A stretch of DNA of 60,521 nucleotides, from contig CAMWRY010000001.1 of NCBI GenBank assembly GCA_947176775.1, positions 1 through 60,521 of the forward strand. The letters run 5' to 3'. Every line of letters starts with the position of its first letter. The stretch's first letter is position 1. The position numbers and the translations under genes are program-made. Below are positions 35,272-45,377 of this stretch, one piece after another. Under the pieces are notes generated by a model, which was not told the DNA's origin, searched no databases, and was given only the letters and a program-made list of their open reading frames with translations. This stretch comes from an uncultured Bacteroides sp. Its GTDB lineage: Bacteria > Bacteroidota > Bacteroidia > Bacteroidales > Bacteroidaceae.

Positions 35272-36597
35272 ATGGATTGGAATACCCTCATCTCTGCCAA
35301 ACGCTTCGGACTGGAAGAATTTCATCAGGAACGCCACGAAAACCGTTCGGAATTTCAACGGGACTATGACCGCCTTATCTTCTCCGCCCCCTTCCGACGG
35401 CTGCAAAACAAGACGCAGGTATTCCCCCTGCCCGGCAGCATCTTCGTACACAACCGGCTGACGCACAGCCTGGAGGTGTCGTGCGTAGGCCGCTCGCTGG
35501 GCAACGACGTATCCAAGGCGCTCCTTGCCCGTCATCCGGAGTTGCAGGGCAGCTACCTCAGCGAGATAGGCTCCATCGTCTCTGCCGCCTGCCTGGCGCA
35601 CGACCTGGGGAATCCGCCCTTCGGGCACTCCGGCGAACGGGCCATCTCCACCTTCTTCTCCGAAGGGAAGGGCATCGCCCTGAAGGAGCAACTGACCCCT
35701 GCCCAATGGGAGGACCTGACGCACTTCGAGGGAAACGCCAACGCCTTCCGCCTGCTCACCCACCAGTTCGAGGGGCGGCGCAAGGGGGGCTTCGTGCTGA
35801 CCTACTCCACGCTGGCCAGCATCGTGAAGTATCCCTTCGCGTCGAGCCTCGCAGGCAAGAAGTCCAAATTCGGCTTCTTCACCACCGAGGAGGAGAGCTT
35901 CCGACGCATCGCCCGGGAGCTGGGCATGAAGAAGCTGAACGATGCGCCGCTGCGCTACGCCCGTCATCCGCTGGTCTATCTGGTGGAGGCGGCCGACGAC
36001 ATCTGCTACCAGATGATGGACATCGAGGATGCCCACAAGCTGAAAATCCTGACTACGCAGGAGACGCAGGAGTTGCTGCTCTCCTACTTCTCGGAAGAGC
36101 GCCGGGCGCACCGCCTGAAGACGATGAAGATTGTGAGCGACACCAACGAGCAGATAGCCTACCTGCGCTCCAGCGTCATCGGCCTGCTCATCGGCGAGTG
36201 TGTGCAGGCTTTTGTGGAGAACGAGGAGAGGATTCTGCATGGCGAGTTCGAGGGTAGCCTCATCGACCACATCTCGCCTCTGCCTGCCGCTGCCTACCGC
36301 CACTGCGCCGCCCTCTCCCTGGAGAGGATTTACCGCTCGCGCGACGTGGTGGACATCGAGCTGGCCGGTTTCCGCATCATCAGCACCCTGCTGGAGCTGA
36401 TGATGGATGCCGTGTGCTCTCCGGAGAAGGCGTACTCGCAACTGCTGATCAACCGCGTGTCGAGCCAGTACCATATAAAAGCGCCTGCACTCTACGAAAG
36501 GGTACAGGCGGTATTGGATTATATCTCCGGCATGACGGATGTCTTTGCTCTCGACCTCTATAGGAAGATTAATGGGAATAGTTTGCCGGCGGTGTAA
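35272..36597 (+). CDS. dgt: dGTP triphosphohydrolase (HD family)
   Basis: RRLQNKTQVF, RLTHSLEV, AHDLGNPPFGH.GE, EAADD, DYISGMTD; start MDWNT at 35272. Confidence 0.95.
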   Translation: MDWNTLISAKRFGLEEFHQERHENRSEFQRDYDRLIFSAPFRRLQNKTQVFPLPGSIFVHNRLTHSLEVSCVGRSLGNDVSKALLARHPELQGSYLSEIGSIVSAACLAHDLGNPPFGHSGERAISTFFSEGKGIALKEQLTPAQWEDLTHFEGNANAFRLLTHQFEGRRKGGFVLTYSTLASIVKYPFASSLAGKKSKFGFFTTEEESFRRIARELGMKKLNDAPLRYARHPLVYLVEAADDICYQMMDIEDAHKLKILTTQETQELLLSYFSEERRAHRLKTMKIVSDTNEQIAYLRSSVIGLLIGECVQAFVENEERILHGEFEGSLIDHISPLPAAAYRHCAALSLERIYRSRDVVDIELAGFRIISTLLELMMDAVCSPEKAYSQLLINRVSSQYHIKAPALYERVQAVLDYISGMTDVFALDLYRKINGNSLPAV

Positions 36598-36620
36598 AAT
36601 CTGTTCACAAGAGCCACGTC

Positions 36621-37598
36621 TCAGCACACCACCCTGTTCACCCCCGACGTAATGCGGCAAGCCTCCGGCTCGCTCTCGATGAACGACTGGATATGACGTA
36701 TGCGCTTCTCGGCCAGAATCTCGTCCACGGCTATCAGGATGCCGGTCTCCTCCACGTCGCCGAAACCGTAGTTGATGGCGGTGCCGAACATGCGCATGGT
36801 GGGACTGAGGCTCATGTAGGCATTCACCAGCGGAGGGATGTTGTAGCCGAGCTTGCGGATTTCGCTGTTCAATATCTTATAATCTTCCTTGAAGGAGTCC
36901 TTGCAGAAGAGGGCTTTCAGCTCGTTCTCGTCCGACTCCAAGACGAGCGGCTTCATCGGGGTAATCAGGTTGTCCTTGTCGGCGAAGTGCTTGTGCAGGA
37001 AGTAGAGTATCTTGTCGCGGCTCTGGCGGTGATAATTGGGGTACATGGTCACCTTGCCGAAGAAATACTTCACGTTGGGCATCACCACCGTCAGCGCGCC
37101 CAGGCCGTCCCACAGGTTGTCCAGCGCAAAGAGTCCCTTGCTGTCGGAACGGGTGGACTGGTACTCCAGCGTGACGAACGAACGACCCAACTCGATGGTC
37201 ATCGGAAGATAGTCCTTCAGGAACTTGTCCGAGAAGTCGAACATGTGGGCAGTGGCCAGGATGGGGGCGCCGTGCTCGTCGAAGCGCACGTCCGTGCCCA
37301 GAATGTAGCGGTAGCCGCCCAAAATCTCTTCAGCCTCCGGATTCCAGACAATCAGCTGCTTGTAGGGGTTCTCCATGACGTCGTACTCGTCGATGTCCAT
37401 GGACTTGCCTGTTCCTCCTCCTGCCGCGCGGAAGGCAATCTCGCGCAGGCGGCCTATCTCCTTCATTGTGTTCGGGGCATCTTGGGCGGTAACGATATAT
37501 ATCTGGTTATGACTTCTGTTGGTCATGCGCAAGCGCTTTTCCTCGGTCAGCTCCGCTTTCAGCAGTTCTTTGCTTATCGGTGCAATAACATCTTCCAT
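36621..37598 (-). CDS. glsB: GNAT/OlsB-like N-acyltransferase (probable glycine-lipid synthase)
   Basis: EIGRLREIAFRAAGGG, ILGGYR, IELGRSFV, IPPLVNAYM; paired with an O-acyltransferase between dgt and the dcw cluster. Confidence 0.75.
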   Translation of the reverse strand: MEDVIAPISKELLKAELTEEKRLRMTNRSHNQIYIVTAQDAPNTMKEIGRLREIAFRAAGGGTGKSMDIDEYDVMENPYKQLIVWNPEAEEILGGYRYILGTDVRFDEHGAPILATAHMFDFSDKFLKDYLPMTIELGRSFVTLEYQSTRSDSKGLFALDNLWDGLGALTVVMPNVKYFFGKVTMYPNYHRQSRDKILYFLHKHFADKDNLITPMKPLVLESDENELKALFCKDSFKEDYKILNSEIRKLGYNIPPLVNAYMSLSPTMRMFGTAINYGFGDVEETGILIAVDEILAEKRIRHIQSFIESEPEACRITSGVNRVVC

Positions 37599-37647
37599 AT
37601 CTTTCTGTTAATGGTTTCTTCTTTCAATGTAAATACAGTGTTTCTCT

Positions 37648-38466
37648 CTACAATTTATATACTATGTCCTTCACGTACTGCGCCCATTCGGCCGGACTCT
37701 TCGACTTATCGAACGTCTGCCAGGGGATAGGCTTTCCGATGGTGATGGTGAATGTCTTGTGACGGTTCTTCAGCATTTCATCCGCCAGGTAAAGCATGGC
37801 GATGTTGAATTTGATACCCAGCGCATTGCACAGGTTGGCAAGGTTGTAGAAGAAATTGGAGTTTCGCCCCTCGAAGTGGATGGGAACCACATCGCGGTGG
37901 GCCTCGACGCTCTTCACGATGAACGTTTTCTTCCAGTCCAGGTCGCGGATGACCCCGTTCTGCCTGCGCGAGCAGAGTCCGGCAGGGAACATGATGAGCT
38001 GGTTGTCCGAAGCGAATCCGGCCTCCACCATCCGTGGGAAGTCCTTGGCCTGCCTGCCGGTCTTGTTGATGGGGATGCACAGCGGCGCCAGTCCGCGGAG
38101 GTTCATCAGCAGGTCGTTCACCATATACTTCACCTTACCCTCGTAGAAAGTGCCCAAGACATAGCCCAAGGCCACGCCGTCCTGTCCGCCCAGGGGATGG
38201 TTGGATACAAAGGTGTGCAGCCCCTCCTTGGGCAGGTTCTCTTTCCCCTTCACCACGATTTTGGCATCGAGAAATTCCAGGCAAGCTTCCAGGAAATCGA
38301 TGCCGACCTTGTCTTTCGACTCTCGCAGAAAGACGTTCAATTCCTCTTGGTGAACGATGTGTTTCAGATAAGAAACCACGAACTTGGGGATATACTTAGA
38401 CTGCTTCGGAGCTTTCTCTCGAAGTATCTTGTCTATGTCAATCAAAAATAAAGAGTCGTCAGCCAT
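37648..38466 (-). CDS. glsA: PlsC/OlsA-like O-acyltransferase
   Basis: NHPLGGQD (HxxxxD), MFPAG; operon with the GlsB-like gene. Confidence 0.72.
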   Translation of the reverse strand: MADDSLFLIDIDKILREKAPKQSKYIPKFVVSYLKHIVHQEELNVFLRESKDKVGIDFLEACLEFLDAKIVVKGKENLPKEGLHTFVSNHPLGGQDGVALGYVLGTFYEGKVKYMVNDLLMNLRGLAPLCIPINKTGRQAKDFPRMVEAGFASDNQLIMFPAGLCSRRQNGVIRDLDWKKTFIVKSVEAHRDVVPIHFEGRNSNFFYNLANLCNALGIKFNIAMLYLADEMLKNRHKTFTITIGKPIPWQTFDKSKSPAEWAQYVKDIVYKL

Positions 38467-38539
38467 TCTTCTTTTGATGAAATGAATGTGCAAATTTAAC
38501 GCATCTTTTTAATTAATTGCAAAAAAACGACAGAAAACT

Positions 38540-38584
38540 ACACCCGAAATCTATCAAATGACACCCAAAATCTATCAAATGACA
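38540..38584. repeat. 21-bp tandem direct repeat in divergent promoter region
   Basis: ACACCCGAAATCTATCAAATG / ACACCCAAAATCTATCAAATG. Confidence 0.8.
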
Positions 38585-38778
38585 GTTTTTCCCCCGAAAA
38601 GTACGCCCGAAACCTGCCTGTCCTACAATGCACTGAAAGCTAACTGAAATCGACCGGAATCTACCAACTGTTTGTTTTCGCCCTAAAGAGAGTTTGATTT
38701 CCGTCGGCCGAAGAAAAGAATCATCCATAATTTTGCAGCACAAGAAAAACGAACAATAACCCTTTAAAAACATCCATT

Positions 38779-39282
38779 ATGAATACAAGAACATTTACCC
38801 AAGACTTACTCGCAGTACAGAACGATTTATTGCGCTTTGCCTACAAACTGACGTCCGACCGTGAAGAGGCCAACGACCTGTTGCAAGAAACTTCGCTGAA
38901 GGCCCTGGACAACGAAGAGAAGTACACGCCCGACACGAACTTCAAAGGATGGGTATATACCATCATGCGCAACATCTTCATCAACAACTACCGCAAGGTG
39001 GTGCGCGACCAGACTTTTATCGACACTACGGACAACCTCTACCACCTGAATACGCCGCAGGACCTTGTACAAGACAGCACGGAGAGCGCCTATGACCTGA
39101 AGGAGATGCACCGCATCGTCAACTCCCTGCCGCGCGAGTACAGAGTACCCTTCTCCATGCACGTTTCCGGCTTCAAATACCGCGAGATTGCCGAAAAGCT
39201 GGGCCTGCCGCTCGGAACCGTCAAGAGCCGCATCTTCTTCACTCGCCAGAAACTGCAACAAGACTTGAAAGATTTCCGATAA
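38779..39282 (+). CDS. ECF RNA polymerase sigma factor
   Basis: ANDLLQET, FKGWVYTIMRN, YREIAEKLGLPLGTVKSRI; no adjacent anti-sigma gene. Confidence 0.93.
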   Translation: MNTRTFTQDLLAVQNDLLRFAYKLTSDREEANDLLQETSLKALDNEEKYTPDTNFKGWVYTIMRNIFINNYRKVVRDQTFIDTTDNLYHLNTPQDLVQDSTESAYDLKEMHRIVNSLPREYRVPFSMHVSGFKYREIAEKLGLPLGTVKSRIFFTRQKLQQDLKDFR

Positions 39283-39366
39283 TATCTTCCGTTTCAGAGA
39301 AATAGAATAGACAAGGAATATTTTAAGAATCAGACAAGAATTATGCAGAAGAATATAGAAGTTTCC

Positions 39367-39416
39367 TAGTAGAACAGAAATGAATGACAAAAGAGCGAAA
39401 CATTTCTGTTCTACTA
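39367..39416. repeat. 16-bp perfect inverted repeat
   Basis: TAGTAGAACAGAAATG-18 nt-CATTTCTGTTCTACTA. Confidence 0.75.
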
Positions 39417-39745
39417 TGGAAGCGATATCCGGGTAGTGCTACTCCCATTCCGCAATTACCCGACAGATACCCGCAAGATAGCATCCGCACGTATCATCCT
39501 TGTCACAGCCCACTTATTCAAGTTCGCTTATCCAAGCATTTTCGCCATCTGTCCGCCGACCGCGATTACCTCCTCCTCACCTCTCGCACCAACGCCAAAA
39601 GCGGCAAGCAACCAAAGCTGCAATCATCGGCCGGACCTCCTAAATCCCCCACCTACAAGAGTTTCCGAAAGTAGCTTCATTATCAAACAAATAAGCTATG
39701 AACAAGGTGTTGAAAACTTCTTCCTAAGATTTTAGTTAAAAGATG

Positions 39746-39770
39746 GTGGGGAATTGTGGGGAAATGTGTA
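39746..39770 (+). promoter_or_regulatory. MraZ operator (dcw boxes)
   Basis: GTGGG, GTGGG, GTGTA at 10-bp spacing upstream of mraZ. Confidence 0.8.
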
Positions 39771-39798
39771 CTTTTACCGTCGCTTTATAATAAGGTAA

Positions 39799-40308
39799 AT
39801 GATACAGTTCTTAGGTAACATAGAAGCCAAGGCGGATGCCAAAGGAAGGGTCTTCATCCCGGCCGTCTTCAGAAAACAGCTACAGGCCGCCTCCGAAGAG
39901 AGGCTTGTGTTGCGCAAGGACGTGTATCAGGAGTGCCTGGTGCTATACCCGGAAAGCGTATGGTTTGCCACGCAAAACCAGTTGCGCCGCCGACTGAACA
40001 AATGGAATGCCCGGCAACAGATGATTTTCCGCCAGTTCGTAAGCGACGCGGAGGTCGTGGTCCCCGACGGCAACGGACGTATCCTGCTGCCGAAACGCTA
40101 CCTGCAGATGGCAGGCATACAGAGCGACATCCGCTTCATCGGCATGGACAACACCATAGAAATCTGGGCCAAGAATCGCGCCGACCAGTCGTTCATGAGT
40201 CCCGAAGAATTCAGCGAAGCCCTCGGGGAGCTGCTGGGAGAAGAGGAAGAAGAGATGCCGGATAACGAGAACGGCCTGGAATATCCGAAAACCGGCCTGA
40301 AAACCTGA
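39799..40308 (+). CDS. mraZ: transcriptional repressor MraZ
   Basis: DAKGRVFIP and DGNGRILLP repeats, IEIW. Confidence 0.95.
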   Translation: MIQFLGNIEAKADAKGRVFIPAVFRKQLQAASEERLVLRKDVYQECLVLYPESVWFATQNQLRRRLNKWNARQQMIFRQFVSDAEVVVPDGNGRILLPKRYLQMAGIQSDIRFIGMDNTIEIWAKNRADQSFMSPEEFSEALGELLGEEEEEMPDNENGLEYPKTGLKT

Positions 40309-40326
40309 AACATATACAAACAACAG

Positions 40327-41247
40327 ATGATGAAAGAAGAAACGACATATCATATACCCGTATTGCTGATGCCGAGCGTAGATGCCATGAACATCCGCCC
40401 GGACGGCACGTATGTGGACGTGACCTTCGGCGGAGGAGGACACTCGCGCGAGATTCTGTCGCGGCTGAAGGAGGGCGGACGCCTGCTGAGTTTCGACCAG
40501 GACGAGGACGCGGAACGCAACATCGTGGACAACCCGCACTTCACCTTCGTGCGCAGCAACTTCCGCTATCTGCACAACTTCCTGCGTTACCACGGTATCG
40601 GGCAGGTGGATGCCATACTGGCCGACCTCGGCGTATCGTCCCACCACTTCGATGACAGCGAACGGGGATTTTCCTTCCGCTTCGACGGGGCACTGGACAT
40701 GCGCATGAACAAGCGTGCCGGCCTGACCGCCGCCGACATCGTGAACACCTACGAGGAAGAGAAACTGGCCGACCTGTTCTACCTCTATGGCGAACTGAAG
40801 AACAGCCGGAAGTTGGCCTCCGTCCTCGTCAAGGCACGCGCCACGCAGCGAATCGCCACCATCGGAGAATTTCTGGAGACCGTCAAGCCCCTCTTCGGCC
40901 GCGAACGCGAGAAGAAGGAGCTGGCCAAGGTGTTCCAAGCACTGCGCATCGAGGTCAACCAGGAGATGGAGGCCCTGAAAGAGATGCTATATGCCGCAAC
41001 AACAGCCCTGAAGCCGGGAGGCCGTCTGGTGGTCATCACCTACCACTCGTTGGAAGACCGCCTGGTGAAGAACATCATGAAGACAGGCAATGTGGAGGGC
41101 AAGGCCGAAAAGGACTTCTTCGGGAATGTGCAGACCCCGTTCCGCCTGGTGAACAACAAGGTGATTGTGCCGGACGAAGAGGAGATAGCGCGCAACCCAC
41201 GCTCGCGAAGCGCCAAACTACGAATTGCAGAAAAAGTGGAATCCTAA
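40327..41247 (+). CDS. rsmH: 16S rRNA m4C1402 methyltransferase
   Basis: HIPVLL, DVTFGGGGHS, DLGVSS, LDMRM, YHSLEDR, NPRSRSAKLR. Confidence 0.97.
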   Translation: MMKEETTYHIPVLLMPSVDAMNIRPDGTYVDVTFGGGGHSREILSRLKEGGRLLSFDQDEDAERNIVDNPHFTFVRSNFRYLHNFLRYHGIGQVDAILADLGVSSHHFDDSERGFSFRFDGALDMRMNKRAGLTAADIVNTYEEEKLADLFYLYGELKNSRKLASVLVKARATQRIATIGEFLETVKPLFGREREKKELAKVFQALRIEVNQEMEALKEMLYAATTALKPGGRLVVITYHSLEDRLVKNIMKTGNVEGKAEKDFFGNVQTPFRLVNNKVIVPDEEEIARNPRSRSAKLRIAEKVES

Positions 41248-41251
41248 AGTT

Positions 41252-41593
41252 ATGGAAGAGAAGAATACAAAGAATACGAAAAAACATACCTCGCTGAAGG
41301 ACATCCTCGGAGGGGACATCCTGGCTACGGACTTCTTCCGCCGCCAAGCCGGACTGCTGTTCCTTATCATGGTGCTGACCATCATCTACATCAACAACCG
41401 CTATGAATGCCAGATGCAACTGATAAGGATAGACAACCTGAAGAAGGAACTGACAGACATCAAGTATGATGCCCTGACGCGCAGTTCGGAACTGATGGAA
41501 CGGAGCCGCCAGTCGCGCATCGAGGAGTACATCTCTACCAAGGAGAGCGACTTGCAGACCTCTACCAATCCGCCTTATGTCATCAGAAAATAG
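41252..41593 (+). CDS. ftsL: FtsL-like cell division protein
   Basis: One TM plus coiled coil between rsmH and the PBP gene; start MEEKNT at 41252. Confidence 0.8.
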   Translation: MEEKNTKNTKKHTSLKDILGGDILATDFFRRQAGLLFLIMVLTIIYINNRYECQMQLIRIDNLKKELTDIKYDALTRSSELMERSRQSRIEEYISTKESDLQTSTNPPYVIRK

Positions 41594-41621
41594 TGTTTGA
41601 AACCCTAAACTCAGAAAGAAA

Positions 41622-43790
41622 TTGGCTGTAAACAAAAAGAACATAATGACCCGTTACTTCTTCGTCGTCCTGCTACTGGGACTGGTGGGGATAGCCATTG
41701 TTGTGAAAGGCGGCATGATCATGTTTGCCGAACGACAATACTGGCATGACGTGGCCGACCGCTTCGTGAAAGAGAACAAGCAGCTGTCTCCCAACCGGGG
41801 AAACATCCTCTCCTCGGACGGAAAGCTGATGGCCAGTTCGTTGCCCGAATACAAGATATTCATGGACTTCATGTCCGGCGAAAAGGACGAGAAGCGCCGT
41901 AAGAAGGATCAGCACCGCAGGGACTCCATCTGGAAAGCCAACTTCGATTCCATTTGCATCGGGTTGCACCAGATTTTTCCTGAAGTCAGCGTAGCCACGT
42001 TCAAGAGCCACTTGCGAAAGGGACGGGAAATGAAAAGCCGCAGCTACAACATCCTGCCCAACCGCAGCAAACGTATCTCCTACATACAATACAAGGAGGT
42101 GAAACGGTTGCCGGTATTCAAGATGAACCGATACAAGGGTGGCTTCCACGAGCAGTCGTTCAGCAACCAGCGCAAGCGTCCCTTCGGCACCCTGGCCGCC
42201 CAGACCTTGGGACGCGTGTATGCCGACACCGCCATGGGTGCGCGAAACGGCATAGAGCTGGCCTTCGACACCCTGCTGAAGGGAGAATACGGAATAGGAC
42301 ACCGCCAGAAGGTGCTGAACAAGTACATGGACATCGTAGACCGTCCGCAGATTGATGGCTGCGACATCATATCCACCCTGGACGTGGGCATGCAGGACAT
42401 CTGCGAGAAGGCTCTGGTGGACAAACTGAAGGAGATCAATGCCAACGTAGGAGTAGCCGTACTGATGGAAGTGGCCACCGGCGAAGTAAAAGCCATCGTC
42501 AACATGATGAAGGCCGGCGACGGCAACTACTACGAGATGAACAGCAACGCCATCAGCGACATGCTGGAACCCGGCTCCACCTTCAAGACGGCCTCCATCA
42601 TGGTGGCCCTGGAGGACGGCAAGATAACACCCGACACCGAAGTGGATACCGGCAACGGCATCATGCTGATGCACGGCAGCAAGATGAGGGACCACAACTG
42701 GCACCGCGGTGGCTACGGGAAGATCGATGTGACACGCATCTTGGAGGTATCGTCCAACATCGGCGTATCCTACCTCATCGACAAGTACTACAAGGACAAT
42801 CCTCAAAAGTTCGTGGACGGGCTGAAGCGCATGAGCATCGACCAGCCGCTGCATCTGCAAATCGGCGGCGAGGGAAAGCCCAACATCAAGGGACCCAAGG
42901 AGCGCTATTTCGCCAAGACTACCCTGCCGTGGATGAGCATCGGCTACGAGACGCAGGTGCCGCCCATGAACATACTCACCTTCTACAACGCCATCGCCAA
43001 CAACGGTGTCATGGTACGCCCTAAGTTTGTGAAGGCTGCCGTGAGGGACGGCGAAGTGGTGAAGGAGTATCCCACGGAGGTCATCAACCCCCAGATATGT
43101 TCCGAACGCACACTGACGCAAATCCGCGAAATCCTGCGCAGGGTGGTGTCTGACGGACTGGCCAAACCGGCCGGCAACAAGCAGTTCTCCGTATCGGGCA
43201 AGACAGGCACGGCACAAATTTCGCAAGGAGCCGCCGGCTACAAGTCCGGACGCGTGAACTACCTGGTGAGTTTCTGCGGCTACTTCCCCTCCGAAGCTCC
43301 GAAATACAGTTGCATCGTCTCCATACAGAAACCGGGGCTGCCAGCCTCGGGCGGTCTGATGGCCGGTAGCGTCTTCGGGAAAATAGCGGAAAGGGTCTAT
43401 GCCAAGGACTTGCGCTTCGACATACGCAACGCCATAGACAGCACCACCAACGTGATTCCTTCCGTGAAAACCGGAGAGATGAACCAAGCGCTTCTGGTCC
43501 TGAACCAGCTGGACATCCCTCATCAGAAGGAGTTCTCCGGGTCCAAGAACAAAGAGCAGTGGGGGCATACACAGGCTGCCCCGTCGGCAGTGATCCTGCA
43601 ACACAAGGAACCGGACTCGGGCACAGTGCCCAGCGTGGTGGGCATGGGAGCGAAGGATGCCGTCTACCTGCTGGAGAGCCGAGGACTGAAGGTAAGGCTA
43701 AACGGCGTGGGACGGGTGAAGAGCCAATCCATAGCCGGCGGTAGCCGGATAACAAAAGGACAGACCATAGCCCTGACCTTACGCCAATAA
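41622..43790 (+). CDS. ftsI: class B penicillin-binding protein with PASTA domain
   Basis: RGNI, EPGSTFK (SxxK), SSN, KTGTAQ; TTG start. Confidence 0.93.
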   Translation: MAVNKKNIMTRYFFVVLLLGLVGIAIVVKGGMIMFAERQYWHDVADRFVKENKQLSPNRGNILSSDGKLMASSLPEYKIFMDFMSGEKDEKRRKKDQHRRDSIWKANFDSICIGLHQIFPEVSVATFKSHLRKGREMKSRSYNILPNRSKRISYIQYKEVKRLPVFKMNRYKGGFHEQSFSNQRKRPFGTLAAQTLGRVYADTAMGARNGIELAFDTLLKGEYGIGHRQKVLNKYMDIVDRPQIDGCDIISTLDVGMQDICEKALVDKLKEINANVGVAVLMEVATGEVKAIVNMMKAGDGNYYEMNSNAISDMLEPGSTFKTASIMVALEDGKITPDTEVDTGNGIMLMHGSKMRDHNWHRGGYGKIDVTRILEVSSNIGVSYLIDKYYKDNPQKFVDGLKRMSIDQPLHLQIGGEGKPNIKGPKERYFAKTTLPWMSIGYETQVPPMNILTFYNAIANNGVMVRPKFVKAAVRDGEVVKEYPTEVINPQICSERTLTQIREILRRVVSDGLAKPAGNKQFSVSGKTGTAQISQGAAGYKSGRVNYLVSFCGYFPSEAPKYSCIVSIQKPGLPASGGLMAGSVFGKIAERVYAKDLRFDIRNAIDSTTNVIPSVKTGEMNQALLVLNQLDIPHQKEFSGSKNKEQWGHTQAAPSAVILQHKEPDSGTVPSVVGMGAKDAVYLLESRGLKVRLNGVGRVKSQSIAGGSRITKGQTIALTLRQ

Positions 43791-43835
43791 AGAGAATAAA
43801 ACAAGATTCAGATATATACATATATATAATAAGGT

Positions 43836-45284
43836 ATGAAATTAAGTGATTTGTTGAAAGCGATACAACCGGTTCAGGTGGCCGGAAGTGCAGACACGGA
43901 GATAACAGGCGTGAACATAGACTCCCGACAGGTAGAGGCCGGCCATCTGTTCATGGCCATGCGCGGCACGCAGACCGACGGACATGCCTATATTCCGGCT
44001 GCCATCGAGAAAGGAGCCGTGGCCATCTTGTGCGAAGAGTTACCGAAAGAGCTGAAAGCCGGTATCACCTATATCCAAGTGAAAGATAGTGAAGAGGCCG
44101 TAGGGAAAGTGGCCACCACCTTTTATGGCGACCCTACCTCGAAACTGGAGCTTGTCGGCGTGACCGGAACCAACGGAAAGACCACTATCGCCACCTTATT
44201 ATATCATACTTTCCGCTACTTCGGCTACAAGGTCGGACTGATTTCTACCGTATGCAACTACATCGACGACCAGCCCGTGCCGACTGAGCACACCACACCG
44301 GACCCCATCACCCTGAACCGCCTGCTTGGGGCCATGGCCGATTCCGGCTGCAAGTACGCTTTCATGGAGGTCAGTTCACACTCCATCGACCAGAAACGCA
44401 TCAGCGGCCTGAAGTTTGCCGGTGGCATCTTCACCAACCTGACACGCGACCATCTGGACTACCATAAGACCGTAGAGAACTATCTCAAGGCCAAGAAGAA
44501 ATTCTTCGACGATATGCCGAAAGGGGCTTTCAGTCTGACTAATATGGACGACAAGAACGGACTTGTAATGACGCAGAATACCCGTTCGAAAGTCTATACT
44601 TACTCCTTGCGCAGCCTCAGCGACTTCAAAGGCAAGGTGCTGGAGTCTCACTTCGAAGGCATGCTGCTCGACTTCAACAACCGCGAACTGGCCGTGCGCT
44701 TCATCGGGAAGTTCAATGCCTACAACCTGCTGGCCGTGTTCGGCGCCGCCGTACTCTTAGGCAAGAAGGAAGAGGACGTACTGGTAGCCCTCAGTACGCT
44801 GCATCCGGTGGCCGGGCGCTTCGACGCCATCCGTTCGCCGAAAGGTTTCACTGCCATCGTGGACTATGCGCATACGCCGGATGCCTTGGTTAATGTGCTG
44901 AACGCCATCCATGGAGTACTGGAAGGCAAAGGAAAAGTAATTACCGTAGTGGGTGCCGGCGGCAACCGCGACAAGGGCAAGCGCCCCATCATGGCCAAAG
45001 AGTCTGCCCGACTGAGCGACCGTGTCATCATCACTTCCGACAATCCGCGCTTCGAAGAGCCGCAGGACATCATCAACGACATGCTTGCCGGACTGGACAA
45101 GGATGACCTGCAAAAGGTCCTCAGCATCGCCGACCGCCGCGAAGCCATCAAGACCGCCTGCATGCTGGCTCAACCGGGGGATGTCATCCTCGTTGCCGGT
45201 AAAGGACACGAAAATTACCAGGAGATAAAGGGAGTGAAACATCACTTCGATGATAAAGAGGAACTCAATGTGCTAATGAGATAA
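43836..45284 (+). CDS. murE: UDP-MurNAc-tripeptide ligase (meso-DAP)
   Basis: [33 protein letters not shown]. Confidence 0.97.
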   Translation: MKLSDLLKAIQPVQVAGSADTEITGVNIDSRQVEAGHLFMAMRGTQTDGHAYIPAAIEKGAVAILCEELPKELKAGITYIQVKDSEEAVGKVATTFYGDPTSKLELVGVTGTNGKTTIATLLYHTFRYFGYKVGLISTVCNYIDDQPVPTEHTTPDPITLNRLLGAMADSGCKYAFMEVSSHSIDQKRISGLKFAGGIFTNLTRDHLDYHKTVENYLKAKKKFFDDMPKGAFSLTNMDDKNGLVMTQNTRSKVYTYSLRSLSDFKGKVLESHFEGMLLDFNNRELAVRFIGKFNAYNLLAVFGAAVLLGKKEEDVLVALSTLHPVAGRFDAIRSPKGFTAIVDYAHTPDALVNVLNAIHGVLEGKGKVITVVGAGGNRDKGKRPIMAKESARLSDRVIITSDNPRFEEPQDIINDMLAGLDKDDLQKVLSIADRREAIKTACMLAQPGDVILVAGKGHENYQEIKGVKHHFDDKEELNVLMR

Positions 45285-45377
45285 TGTACTAATAACAATA
45301 TACTATTATAAATTATTTAGAGTAACTTAAGAGCTTTGATGCTATAAACTAATTTTAAGTATTTACTAGTTAAGGAT

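Noticed and set aside
34687-36597. dut plus dGTPase as a nucleotide-depletion antiphage system
   Set aside because: Both lie in core-gene context with host-like composition; a housekeeping role is the simpler explanation.
41673-43604. 643-aa - strand ORF
   Set aside because: Antisense shadow of ftsI.
45285-45377. murF missing between murE and mraY
   Set aside because: This is the usual Bacteroides dcw arrangement to my knowledge; no remnant is visible.
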